Part shown: in pieces, positions 11,036-22,327 of the stretch
Position numbering within the stretch: position 1 is the stretch's first letter
Layout: every line of letters begins with the position of its first letter
Source of the DNA: Macrostomum lignano
Taxonomy: Eukaryota
Reading direction: 5' to 3'
Assembly: GCA_002269645.1 (NCBI GenBank)
Contig: NIVC01001410.1
Coordinates: 62,001-126,000 of the forward strand
Length of the DNA stretch: 64,000 nt
The notes under the pieces: generated by a model
Databases searched by the model: none
What the model was told of the DNA's origin: nothing
The model's input: the letters and a program-made list of their open reading frames with translations, nothing else
Translations under genes and position numbers: made by a program

Positions 11036-12896
11036 TGGGGGACACTGTTGTTGATTAATACAGTTTTGTTTATCTTTGTCTATTTTCACATTAGTGACAT
11101 TAATTATGTCTTATAACACACCCAAAGTAGTTGATAAATTTGCATTTAGATTACATAATTAATAAGGCCTATTTGCATGCTTTAAAATTGCTATTTTATT
11201 AATTTAATTAAACTAATATGATTTGCTATAATTGACCGTCAGCCTAATTTTTTGTTATAAATGTTAAATAAATTATAGGTAAATTTTCAAAAAAAGATTT
11301 TTGAAAATTGTTATTTTGCTATATAGGCCTATGATATATGGCCAATTGTAAAGAAGCACAGGTTTAATTTTTTTTCAACTTAAATGAACACTGAAGAATA
11401 TTTACTGAAATGGGAGACATATTTAATGACATAAGACTATTCAAAAACACAGCACAACTTAGACAGTGCTACAATTTTAGTAGATGGATATATATATAGC
11501 ACAAGTGGATGTCTAGCCATCTAGTCACTACAAGCAATGATCAGGAACAATCAGTTGAAACTTACTAAGATAAGGCCATAGATTATAATAACTATATGAA
11601 TATAATTTAAAAATTGTAATCTAAAAATAATAATTATAACTAAACTAAATAGTTTTGTGTCTCACAAAATGTGTCTCCTATTGCAATAAATATGCTTTGG
11701 CATTCATTTAAGTTGAAAAATAATTAGGCCCTAAATGTATGCTTCTTTACAATTCCCAATATGTGCAAAGTGGCAGTGCCAAGATGCCAATTCTAGGATG
11801 CAATTCGTGCACAAAAATAGGACACATTACTATGTATTTAAAAATAAATAGCAATTAGCAGAATTGCTTTGATGCAATTGATTCTAGGCCTAATACTTAT
11901 AATAGGGGGCATAGTAATAACATTAGATAGTTGTCAGATATCACTATTTTAAAAAACGAGTTCATTATCTTATTGCAATTTCATTATAATATCATAACAC
12001 TGACATTGTATTTGATATTCTGTGCCATACGAAATTACTGTTGTATTTTTGCAGACGAGAGAGTGGCAGACGAACTGGCATCAGATTCAGACGAATTAAG
12101 TGTTATGATTAAGACCTTTTAAGACCATGGCCATAGCCCATATGATGTGATCTCACTGGAGAATACAGATTCTGGCCTTACGATGCTTAAAAGGAAGAGT
12201 TACTTTAAAATAGTTTAAGAGATATTTACGACAATAGCCATTTCAGAAGAAAATTACAAAAAATCACAGAAGAAAGCTACATGGTATATGGTAACATGGC
12301 ATTTGGTTCAATACATATGCACAGTTGACAACTAAAAGTGTTCTATGTATGGTATATTACTTTTACTCGTACATGGCAAAAAATAAAGGTAATTTCTAAG
12401 CAAAATACGATCTGATCATAGTATTTTGTGCGTCTTAGCAATCCTGATTAGATCTTGACGTCTACGATTTTCTTAGAACAAGCGTTTCCCAAATTAGCGC
12501 TTTGTTGTTAGTGGTATAACAAAAGATGTTTATCTCTGACAAAGTTTAAAATTTTGTCTGATAATGCTGAAATTCATTAGAAAATGCAGATTCATTAATA
12601 ATTTAACCTAATGTTTGCTGAGTCTAGAAACTAGCGGAAAGCGAACTTCATTAAAAAACAAGACTGTGGTAGGTGAAGCCTACCGTTTAACGTAAAGCTC
12701 CCCCCAGTGGAAAACCTTTCCACTTCGTGTAATGCGTCATACTTTCCTTGCGTGGAAAGTCATTTTCCACCCAATTTAAAACGCGAACCCATCCCGTTAA
12801 CTATGTACTACATGCATGTACGTGCCGTACAGTAAATGCACATTGCACAATGTACATGTATATTATGCATAATGTATGTTATGTATCACCTACCAA

Positions 12897-13185
12897 GGGG
12901 TTGTAGCCTGCTGGTTATAGCGTCGGACTCACAACTGAAAGGTCGGGCCGGGTTCGATTCTCGATCCATTCGGAACAATTATTTGTGTCCTTACATTAAC
13001 TCTGCATTTTCACTAAATTCATCCAGCTGTAACATGGGTTCCGTATTAGCTGGGATAATTGAGGGCGTGTGTGGCGAATCCCCAGTCCTTAGAATGAACA
13101 GCTTGATTATGCAGCCTTGAGATGCTGCGGCTGAACTGTCGGTTGCACGTCTGCCCAATAAGGGCGGTATAGTCAATTAATGTAT
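12897..13185 (+). mobile_element. tRNA-derived SINE-like element
   Basis: Head GGGGTTGTAGCCTGCTGGTT...GGTTCGATTCT with A-box-like and B-box-like motifs at tRNA spacing and an imperfect cloverleaf. The body contains tgtgtcctt...catccagctgtaacatggg, reminiscent of conserved SINE central domains. Confidence 0.55.
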
Positions 13186-14645
13186 GACTATACAATTAAT
13201 GATTAAAATTGGGTTTTACCCGGTGTTAGTCGTCAACATCCGTAACCCTTTTCCACCCGGGGCTAACTCCTTTCCCACCCGGTGGCTCATGAGATAAAAG
13301 AGTCTCGACAGCTCGCCAGGGGGTCAGACTCATGTGTAATTTGCCCCCCCCCCCCTGAACCCTTAAACTTCTTATACTTCCTCCTTATACTTCTTATACT
13401 TAAACTTCTTAAACTTCCAATACTCGAGGTCCCTACCTTTAAGTTCGAATTGCTTAAGTCTCGACCAGCTCCCTTCCGACTATAGCCAGTGCGTTTAATA
13501 ACTAATAACTAACCTTAATTAATAAACTTATAGCCTTAGCGAATAATCATCTGCGGACGCGTAGCTAAAAGCGCTTTTTAAATAAACAAAAAGTTCTCTA
13601 GGACTTCGTGACCAGCTTGGATTGCATTCCCTGATCCATACATGTCGTGATCCAAAACTAAGAAGAGTTCTCAGACTAATTCTATAGCTAACCCAACTGT
13701 CTCAGGATTTTTTCCGCGCATCACCGCAGTGTGGCAGCGACCTACTAAAAGTAAGATGTTAGGCAAATCTACTCCATTCAACTATTATGATAAAAAGATT
13801 ACATTTTTATAAAACTGCCCCCCTGGCCCTAACATGTACACAGCTAGTGCATACTTAAGTTAGTTTTTGTTTAAAGGGTTTGAGCTGTTTAATTTGGGTC
13901 ACTCCAACTGATAGTTGCCTACTAGCTGTTTTTGGTAGTTATGATGTGCAATATAGGTGCTGGCACAATATTGCACATCACACTCGCTTACTCGGTGGCA
14001 CTAAGATCGAACTTTAGAAGAAACTATATAGAAGTTCAAGACCTGTGGAACAGACTTACGCATACAGGTCGTGATCGTGAATACAGATGAGCGTACATGT
14101 ACGTACGTTCAATATTCAACCGCTTCAAATAGTTTCAGCTAGAAAATTGAAAAAAAATCACAGTACATATACTCGTATATGCCTTACGCATCGAAAGGCA
14201 TATATTTGTTGTTAGCAACATGCAATGTTGGGAGAGGGAGAGAGAGAGGGAGAGAGAGAGAAGGTTACATTAGCTGCGACACACTCCGTCTTACTGTGCC
14301 AATTTGGGCGCCACTGAACAATGGCTAAAAAGGCGGGGACTGCGCGAGTACTGGTGGGGGGGGGGTGAATTGCAACTCAGCTGCCCAAAGCTTGCAGCCC
14401 CCGAATGGCATAACCAATATTGTATAACTCCTCCTAGCGAAAGCCTCACTTGAGTGGCTGTGGTAGAGCCAGGAATATATTTAACCGAAGAAAATTGTGC
14501 ACTTGGGCCATATGCATCGCATTCATTGAGCTGCATAGTCGCAAGTTTTGCTGTGCCACCATAGTAACAAAATAAATTATAAGATTGTTTTGTTTTATTT
14601 ATTAGATAAGAAAAAGCGAATATTTACCAATTATTGAACTGACAA

Positions 14646-17498
14646 ATGGCTCCAGTTTGCAGTTGCATGAAAACGGCCCTCCGCCATCTCTGCAACCGAA
14701 TGCAGAGCAGCCGCCTGCAGGCCAGAGGTCGGCGCCAAAACCTGCTGTTATACTTGCCGCTAATCGCTGCCATTTTGCTGCTCATTGTCCTGTTGAACCA
14801 GCTATTCTCAAGAATAGAAGAGCTCTCTTTTGAGCTGCACCCGGACCCTGAGCTGCAGCAGTCGGAGCTAAAAAAGATTGCTGAAAAATTCTCTATTTCA
14901 AAATTGGACCAGAGTCACCGCATAATCAGCCTGCCAGTGACGAAGAAAATTCATTTCATGTACGAAGGCTACAAGCTGGATGTCCGCTTCGCTCCGCTGC
15001 TCAAGTCTTGGAGGTAAGACTGAGTATGTCGTTACAAGTATACAGGGACTACTCAAACACCGGGACGGGAAACTAGGAATTTTTTACGAGGCTGGTCTTT
15101 TATCAGCAGTAGAAAATAACCATAGACAACAAAGTAACACAGCATCTCTCTAATGCAAATAATTGCCAGCCAGCCTCGTAAAAAATTTTAGTTTCCCGTC
15201 CCGGTGTTTGAGTAGTCCCTGCAAGTATATACATTATTAGAATTCTAATGACTGGTATTGGGAATGCACATTGTGTATTGGGAACACGACCAAAATACCC
15301 AAGCCAAGTCCAGTTCAAGTGCAAATTAGTCAATCAGAGCGCATCTCAATATAAATGACTATAATGCACTTGACTGCTGAATCATTGCATTTCGATCATG
15401 GCTACTGAATTCCACACAGCACACACCACCGAGTAAACCATTTTCAATCACAACTTTCTCTTGCCAGAAAGGTGTACCCGGAATACAAAATGTACTTTTG
15501 GACGGACGATGAGATCGACCTGCTGATTAGTCGGCGTTACCCAGCCTGGCAGGACATGTACATCTTCAATCTCTCCAACTACATGGAGCGGTCGGACACC
15601 GCCAGAGCCTTCGTGCTGCACGCCATGGGCGGCTGGTACGCCGATCTCGACACCGGCTGCCTGAGCCGGGCGGACGGGTACGCAGCCAGACACGCTTTGA
15701 TCTTGCCGCTGGAGCCCTACCTGCACGCGCTGAACAACTTCCGTATGCGCCGGTTGGTGAGCAACGCCATCATGTACAGCGCTCCGGGGCACCCGTTCTG
15801 GATGTTCTACCTGCAGCGCCTGCGCGAGTCGCTGGTCGGCAAGGAGCCTCGAACAAGAACAACGCAGGCGGCGGACACAACGGGACCTGTGCTTCTTACT
15901 CATTGCACGCATATCTTCCAGCAGGTGGGTTGGCCGGCGGCTATTTACGAGTATTGTGCAAGTTTAAATGGGAGCATGAGTTGCCAGTCTTGAATAGCTT
16001 GAATAGCATTGTACTGCACTCACAGATAGGTCGTTGCAGCCAGAATTTGCAGTGATCTTAATTGTCTGCGTCTCTGTACTGTAGCTGGCGCCCCCTCTGT
16101 AGCTGCCCCCCTCTGTAGTTGGCACCTCCTCTAGCTGGCGCCTCCTCTGTAGCTGGCTCCCCCCTCTGTAGCTGGCGCCTCCTCTGTAGCTGGCGCCTCC
16201 TCTGTAGCTGGCGCCCCCCCCTCTGTAGCTGGCGCCCCCTCTGTAGCTGGCGCCTTCTCTGTAGCTGGCGCCTCCTCTGTAGTTGGCGCCTCCTCTGTAG
16301 CTTGCACCCCCTCTGTAGCTGGCACCCCCTCTGTAGCTGGCGCCTCCTCTGTAGTTGGCGCCCCTTTTTAGCTGGCGCCCCCTCTTTAGTTAGTGCCCCC
16401 TCTGTAGCTGGCGCCCGCCTCTGTAGCTGGCACCCGCCCTCTGTAGCTGGCACCCGCCCTCTGTAGCTGGCACCCGCCCTCTGTAGCTGGCACCCGCCCT
16501 CTGTAGCTGGCACCCGCCCTCTGTAGCTGGCACCCGCCCTCTGTAGCTGGCACCCGCCCTCTGTAGCTGGCACCCGCCCTCTGTAGCTGGCACCCGCCCT
16601 CTGTAGCTGGCACCCGCCCTCTGTAGCTGGCACCCGCCCTCTGTAGCTGGCACCCGCCCTCTGTAGCTGGCACCCGCCCTCTGTAGCTGGCACCCGCCCT
16701 CTGTAGCTGGCACCCGCCCTCTGTAGCTGGCACCCGCCCTCTGTAGCTGGCACCCGCCCTCTGTAGCTGGCGCTCCCCCTCTGTAGCTGGCGCTCCCCCT
16801 CTGTAGCTGGCGCTCCCCCTCTGTAGCTGGCGCTCCCCCTCTGTAGCTGGCGCTCCCCCTCTGTAGCTGGCGCTCCCCCTCTGTAGCTGGCGCTGCCCCT
16901 CTGTAGCTGGCGCTCCCCCTCTGTAGCTGGCGCTCCCCCTCTGTAGCTGGCGCTCCCCCTCTGTAGCTGGCGCCCCCCTCTGTAGCTGGCGCTCCCCCTC
17001 TGTAGCTGGCACCCGCCCTCTGTAGCTGGCGCCCCTCTGTAATGAAATGTGAAAATGCGAAAAGTTAAATTTTCACAGCCAATTTCTTGCCGAATTCGTT
17101 AGCTGTCATTGCTGTCATAATTTACTAAACTTGCATCGCAGGCCAACAAAGACCGGGGCTGCCCGGGCTCCTGGTGTCCTCATCTGCCCCCGCCGGTGAA
17201 GTTCCTGCCTCACTACGATGACAGCGTCGAGGAGACGCGGCAGACGTTTTGGAGAATGTGCACCAGCCTCCGGCTCAGGAAACAGTTCGACAGCAGACAG
17301 TTTGAGGACGAGTGCAGGCGGTTCGAAGCGCACGAGTACCTCAATGCCCCGCTGGACCCCACCGAGTCGCACACCTATCACGAGTTCTATCACCTGAACG
17401 AGAAGAGCGACGCTGGACGACAAAAAGTCGACGCGCGCAAATTGGGTCTCGACTTTGTGCTTGGCAACAGTCTGGTTGCCGAAATAGAGAAACTGTAA
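14646..17498 (+). CDS. GT32/SUR1-like DXD glycosyltransferase, paralog 1, 3 exons, about 393 aa, type II membrane protein
   Basis: Exons 14646-15013 (phase 2), 15468-15924 (phase 0) and 17142-17498. N-terminal TM LLLYLPLIAAILLLIVLL; KIHFMY..SWRKVYPEY..WTDD, ERSDTARAFVLHAMGGWYADLD, SNAIMYSAPGHPFW, TGPVLLT. Confidence 0.9.
16078..17040. repeat. About 20-nt minisatellite (gtagctggcacccgccctct and variants) in intron 2 of glycosyltransferase 1
   Basis: Read directly. Blocks of variant monomers. Confidence 0.95.
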
Positions 17499-18614
17499 CA
17501 GTTCAAAGAGCTCTTTTCTTCTACAGAACCGCTTTCTCAACTTTATCTGAGCCAACGCTTGCGGTCAATTAACCCCCAGAGAGGGTGCGGATATGGGAAG
17601 GCATAACGTAAGCTACAGATTAATACTCAAGTCTGTATTCTTCCATTCTCCATCTAGGGGCGCCTCCCAAGGGCATTTTCGGATTGAGGAGCCACCAATT
17701 CCATTTTGAGAGCCTTCAACTTGACCTCATGAGTTGCTCATTTTTTATAATCATTACAGTGAGGGCTTTAACACTGGCTCTGCTGCTTGATTTCGAAATG
17801 TATTTTTACATTGTCCTTTATGAGTATTAATAAGTGCGGGCACTTGAACTTCGATGCTTACTGCTTGTTATTCCATTATTATCAGTATAGTAGCTTAAGT
17901 AAACAGATATAATATATTTTGTTCTTATGCTTAATGCGCTTCATTGTGAAGAGAATTAGTACGAACCGGAGTTTTGGTTTGGCCTCAAGTTCTTGCATCA
18001 GAGTGGCATCAAAGCTGTTTCCCAGGATACAATATTGGCCGATGTGGGTTAATTTATTTATCAGCAGCGTCAAGCTTATAGAAATAAATCGCAAATTTAT
18101 TTTTAGTTGCTGAGCAGCTTATTATTTATGAGACGGGTGGGCTGAATAAGCGAGCATGAAATCTCATGAGCATGAAACTTTTACGACTGAGACAGAAGCG
18201 CGCAGAAGGCTGCAGGCAGAAAGTGCCGATGTACTGATGAACGCGGGGAAGAACAGGTGTGCACTTCTTTTGACACCGAGCCCAAAACCCCGACATCACT
18301 GGCGATCTGACTCGAGGGAAACAACTGTGGGCCAGAAGCTTCAGCAGCCAGTGTCTACTCTCTGGCCCAAAAAGCACTGCGGCCGATAAGCGGTTGAAGA
18401 CCAATGCATGTCTTCAACCTGCTGATGACAGCCTGGCAGAAGAGAATCCAGCAGCCTCAGACCTCGGCATGCCCTGCCGGTCAGAAAGTGACGAGCCCGA
18501 CGCACCCTATTGTGAGAAGCCCCACCCACCCAGGTAGAACTGCACTGACAATAAGCCCGTGTGTCTTATTATTCTATTTCAAGCTACAACACTCAGATGC
18601 GGCTTGTGCCACTG

Positions 18615-20975
18615 ACAACAACAACAAAATACGCTGTCAACCAGTTAAAAGCGAGGCAATCGAGGCAAGCAAAAACAACGTCACAGGGCGCATTTCAGGG
18701 CCTCGGCGCGAACGTAGGCCGCACCGCCTACCGCCTCCGGCTTGGATGATATGGCCTAGAGTAGCAGTTAGCGCAAAAGTTCGCTGGGACGGGACAGGCC
18801 GGTGCGGCGATAGAGTGCCGCATCGGTCACTTGCTCGTAGCCGATCTTGTAGGCGGCGCACAGCAGGCCGGCGTGCGCCGCATCGACCTGCTATTCGAGC
18901 GATCCCGTCAGGGTCCAGGTCTCGGCGTTGTACGACAGCACGGTCTACTGTTGTACAACAGGGTGGTCTCGATCACCTGAAATGTAGCTATTTCCACCGC
19001 ATGCGTTTTAGCACAAAACTCCATCTATGCACTTTCATCTGCTGATTCGCTAAACGCAGGCTACCAATAGCAGCCTAACATCGCGCTGTATTTCAATGCA
19101 CGAAAGTACGAAGCAGTCCTTAGACCTCTCTTGGAACTCCCCTTGTACTTCTTACACTCTAGCCAGCTCACAGACCCTTTATCCATTTCCTCTACTTCCG
19201 ACTCACTGGCAAAATAATTAAAGACATTGATAGAAACCGAACCAATCAAATCTACAGTTCACACCCGATCGACAAGCAATACAGGCATAGCCTCGAACAC
19301 CAGATCAGCCGAGAGTACTGATAAGTATCGATATAATCCGTTTCTGACTGCTTCATACTTCGTACTTAAGAAGCTTACATCCTTTGTATTTACGTGAACT
19401 CCATCAGTGATTTAGATTGGAAATATACCATCTCAAGAGAAGGTTTAACACCGCAGGAAAACACAGTCGGACTTGCCGCTCATTGTTTAATCTTAGAATA
19501 CTCGGACGCAGATCCGACAGAGAGCTGAAACAACAATTAAAAGTATTACACACCGCCTGGAACAACGCCGTCCTCTGGCGGTCAGGCAGGGCTGCCCAGG
19601 CAAGCCCACGGCGTCGTCGCAGGTCCTCGTGAACGTCAGGCACGAGACCGAAAGTAGACGAACTGCTGATGGCACGGGAGCTTCGTCACCTGTCCGTCGG
19701 CTCCTCGGCAGAAAACTGCAGCCTCGATGTCGTCCGGCACGCAGAGCACGACGGTCTTCTGCATGTTGACCACCAGGCCGACACTCACCGCAACGCTCAC
19801 CAGCCGGTCCAGCTGGCGTTGGGCTCCCTCGACGGTCGAGGACAGCAGGGCGAGATCATCGGCGTAGCCAAGCACGCTGAGCCGCCTTTCCGGTTGGCGT
19901 CGATCCCCGCGTCGCTGCAACAGGAAGCCGTCGTCGTTAGAAGGGACAGCAGTTCGTAGCACCCAGTCAAGCACCAGGACGAACAGGAACGGCGCAAGCT
20001 TATCTCCCTGAAGCACCCCACAGGATGTCTCAAAGAAATCCGACAGGCCGTCCGGTGTTAGCACAGCAGAGTTCGTGCCGTGATACAGCGCCATGACGGC
20101 GGAGATCAGCTGCTCTGGTACGTTGTACGCACGAAGCACCATTGGGAGCACGGCCCTCATGACCGAGTCGAAGCCTTCCTGAAATCTATGAAGATAACAA
20201 TCAGGATCTACTGGCGTGTCCGCGCTTCCTCGATGACTCGGCGAAGAGCCAGGATCTGAGCCACTGTGCCGCGGTGGGGCGGGAACCCGTTCTGCTCAGG
20301 ACGCAGGTACGACGCAGCTTCTAGTTGAACAGCTTCGCTACGCAGAACTGCAGACAGATACCTCGGTACTCCTCAAGCCACGTGGTGCCCGGCTTCTTCC
20401 GAATGGCGACGATGTGCGCCGTGGTCCATTCGTTGGGTGCCGCCTCACCGAAAAGCACGCAGTTCATCACGCTGGCGACCTCGCTGGCCACACAGTGGAT
20501 GGGCAGCGCCTCGATGAACATCTCGTCCGGACCCAGCGTTTTGCCGCCCGGAGTCTTCTAGGTGAGCATCACAACGTCGGCTGTGCTGAATGGTGCTACA
20601 TTGAGACTCTTCTCTGTCGGTAGTGGCGTCCCCGGCGGCAGCCTCAAATCGATTAGCAGCGGGGGCGGCGCCGCGTTGACGATGGCGGCGAGGAACTCGC
20701 GCAGTTCATTTCTGCGCTCATCCAGAGTATCGCCAGCCAGGTTGAGCGGGATGCGCCGCTTCCGCCCGGTCAGAGCATTGATGGTGGACCAGGCCATGCG
20801 CCCTTTGGTATCGGATCCAGCGGCGGTGACGGCCTGGATGACGTCGTCAATAGCGGCCTGTCGTCGATGCAGGTAGACAGCCGCCAGAGCATCCTCCGCC
20901 TCACGAGTTGGCCGCCTGCTCAGACGGAGCCTCTCCAGCTCTGTTCTCGCTTGCCGAATCGCGGGTCCATGTACT
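18615..20975 (-). mobile_element. Decayed RTE-like LINE, copy A (5' truncated, interrupted at about 18975-19548)
   Basis: GVLQGDKLAPFLFVLVLDWVL, GYADDLALL, EWTTAHIVAI.KKPG. The 3' end ccctgtga...tgacagcgta(ttg)n at about 18615-18690 matches copy B. Confidence 0.9.
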
Positions 20976-22327
20976 CGGGGCCACCCGCAGCAGTCACCAA
21001 GCGCGCTGACGAATGCACTAGCAAAATGCTACTGACATAAAAATGCGTCCCGCAGAAGACACCAAGCTCGATCGTTTCCAGCTGTGTGGTACTATTAATT
21101 TGATGTGGCAGAGTGCAGGAGGCTGGGATTGCTCTCGATACCAGCTCAGAGCCAGGGCCGGGTTCTGAGTCCTTTGCGCCCTTTTGCACACCAAAAGATC
21201 CGATTCGCATGCCTTTCTTGCTACTCTTCAGTAGGCAGTCTTTGATACAAGAATTCTAAGCATTCAGATCGAAATATTGAGAATTCTAAGCAGTCGAATC
21301 TGAAGAAGAGGACTCAAGGGATCTGTGTCAAATGTCTTTTACGCTTTATTTTGCACTGAAGGGTACATCTCTTAGTACTTTTAACAATCTAATTCCTGAT
21401 GTTAACCTGATTGACATGGTAGCAAGTGGACTTCGGCTTAACGTCTTGAGAACTGCCCAAAGGCGCTCTCCAGAAATGAGAGAGTCACCCTGCAATACAA
21501 GCAGCTCGACTGTGACTGCCCATCGGAGCATTTCGACTGCGCTCAAAGACCTTCTCCAAGCCAAGTCTGGTTATGGCTACGAAGGAGTATTGATTAAAAC
21601 AAAGTATTGCGTCCGCTCAAGTAAACAGCAACTTCTCCCTGTCAAATTTTTCTCTTCCGCGACCTCCTCTAAAAGACTTTCTCTATGCTGTACTCTCGCG
21701 ACACGGTCAACAAGCTTGCCCAATGCGCATGCCCCGATCCTACAGCCTAAATCCCCTCCCCAATGCTCTGCGCCTCCCACAGCCAGCACTTGTCTTTCTT
21801 TTTTATGCCAGCAAATAGCAAGTTAATGTGCCACAGCTGACAGCCCACTGGGAAGAAAATTCTGCAACAGGAGGCCTGTGAGCAGTCGCAGCCCAATTTC
21901 TTCCCAGCGGATAAACCTGGCAGAAAAGAGCTTCAAAATACACAATACTCAATTTCCTCGAGAAATCATTTATCCAAGTTCGTTCCGAAGCCGCCAATTT
22001 CCTAAATACAAGCGAAGGCACGAAATCAATAAAAGTCCCGGTAGGAGTTGATCGGAAACACAGAAATGCACTGCAGCAAATGACATAAAGGTATTGGCTT
22101 GGCCAGCCCAGTGCCGAGTCCTCGCTTGCTAGTTGAAGCTGTGCCTCTGAGTTTCTGGTCTTTCTATTGCTAACATCGACACATTCAGCCCAGCAGGTCA
22201 TCAGCACTGGAATTTACTGGCTCCGAAATGAATGCCAGATTAGTCGCAAAGTAGCCGGACCGGCAGTCGGACCAGCGCCCGCTCAGAAATTCTGCGCCCA
22301 GTACGAAGACTCGTCGGGTTCGTCCCG

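Noticed and set aside
13240-13520. LTR-like or PBS-like appearance (also tggcgccc near 14305 on the minus strand)
   Set aside because: No paired LTR and no gag/pol sequence in the window.
16078-17040. CTCF-like AGGGGGCGC words in the 20-nt array
   Set aside because: Only the 3' half of the motif matches; no support for function.
18130-18600. Short ORFs (MKSHEHETFTTETEARRRL...) between GT1 and LINE copy A
   Set aside because: No homology recognised and no consistent exon chain.
21340-22210. Minus-strand frames with faint RT-like words (FIDF..VP..KL..WINDF; LLERTQ)
   Set aside because: Too degenerate to call; no YADD or QG motif found. An HMM search would be needed.
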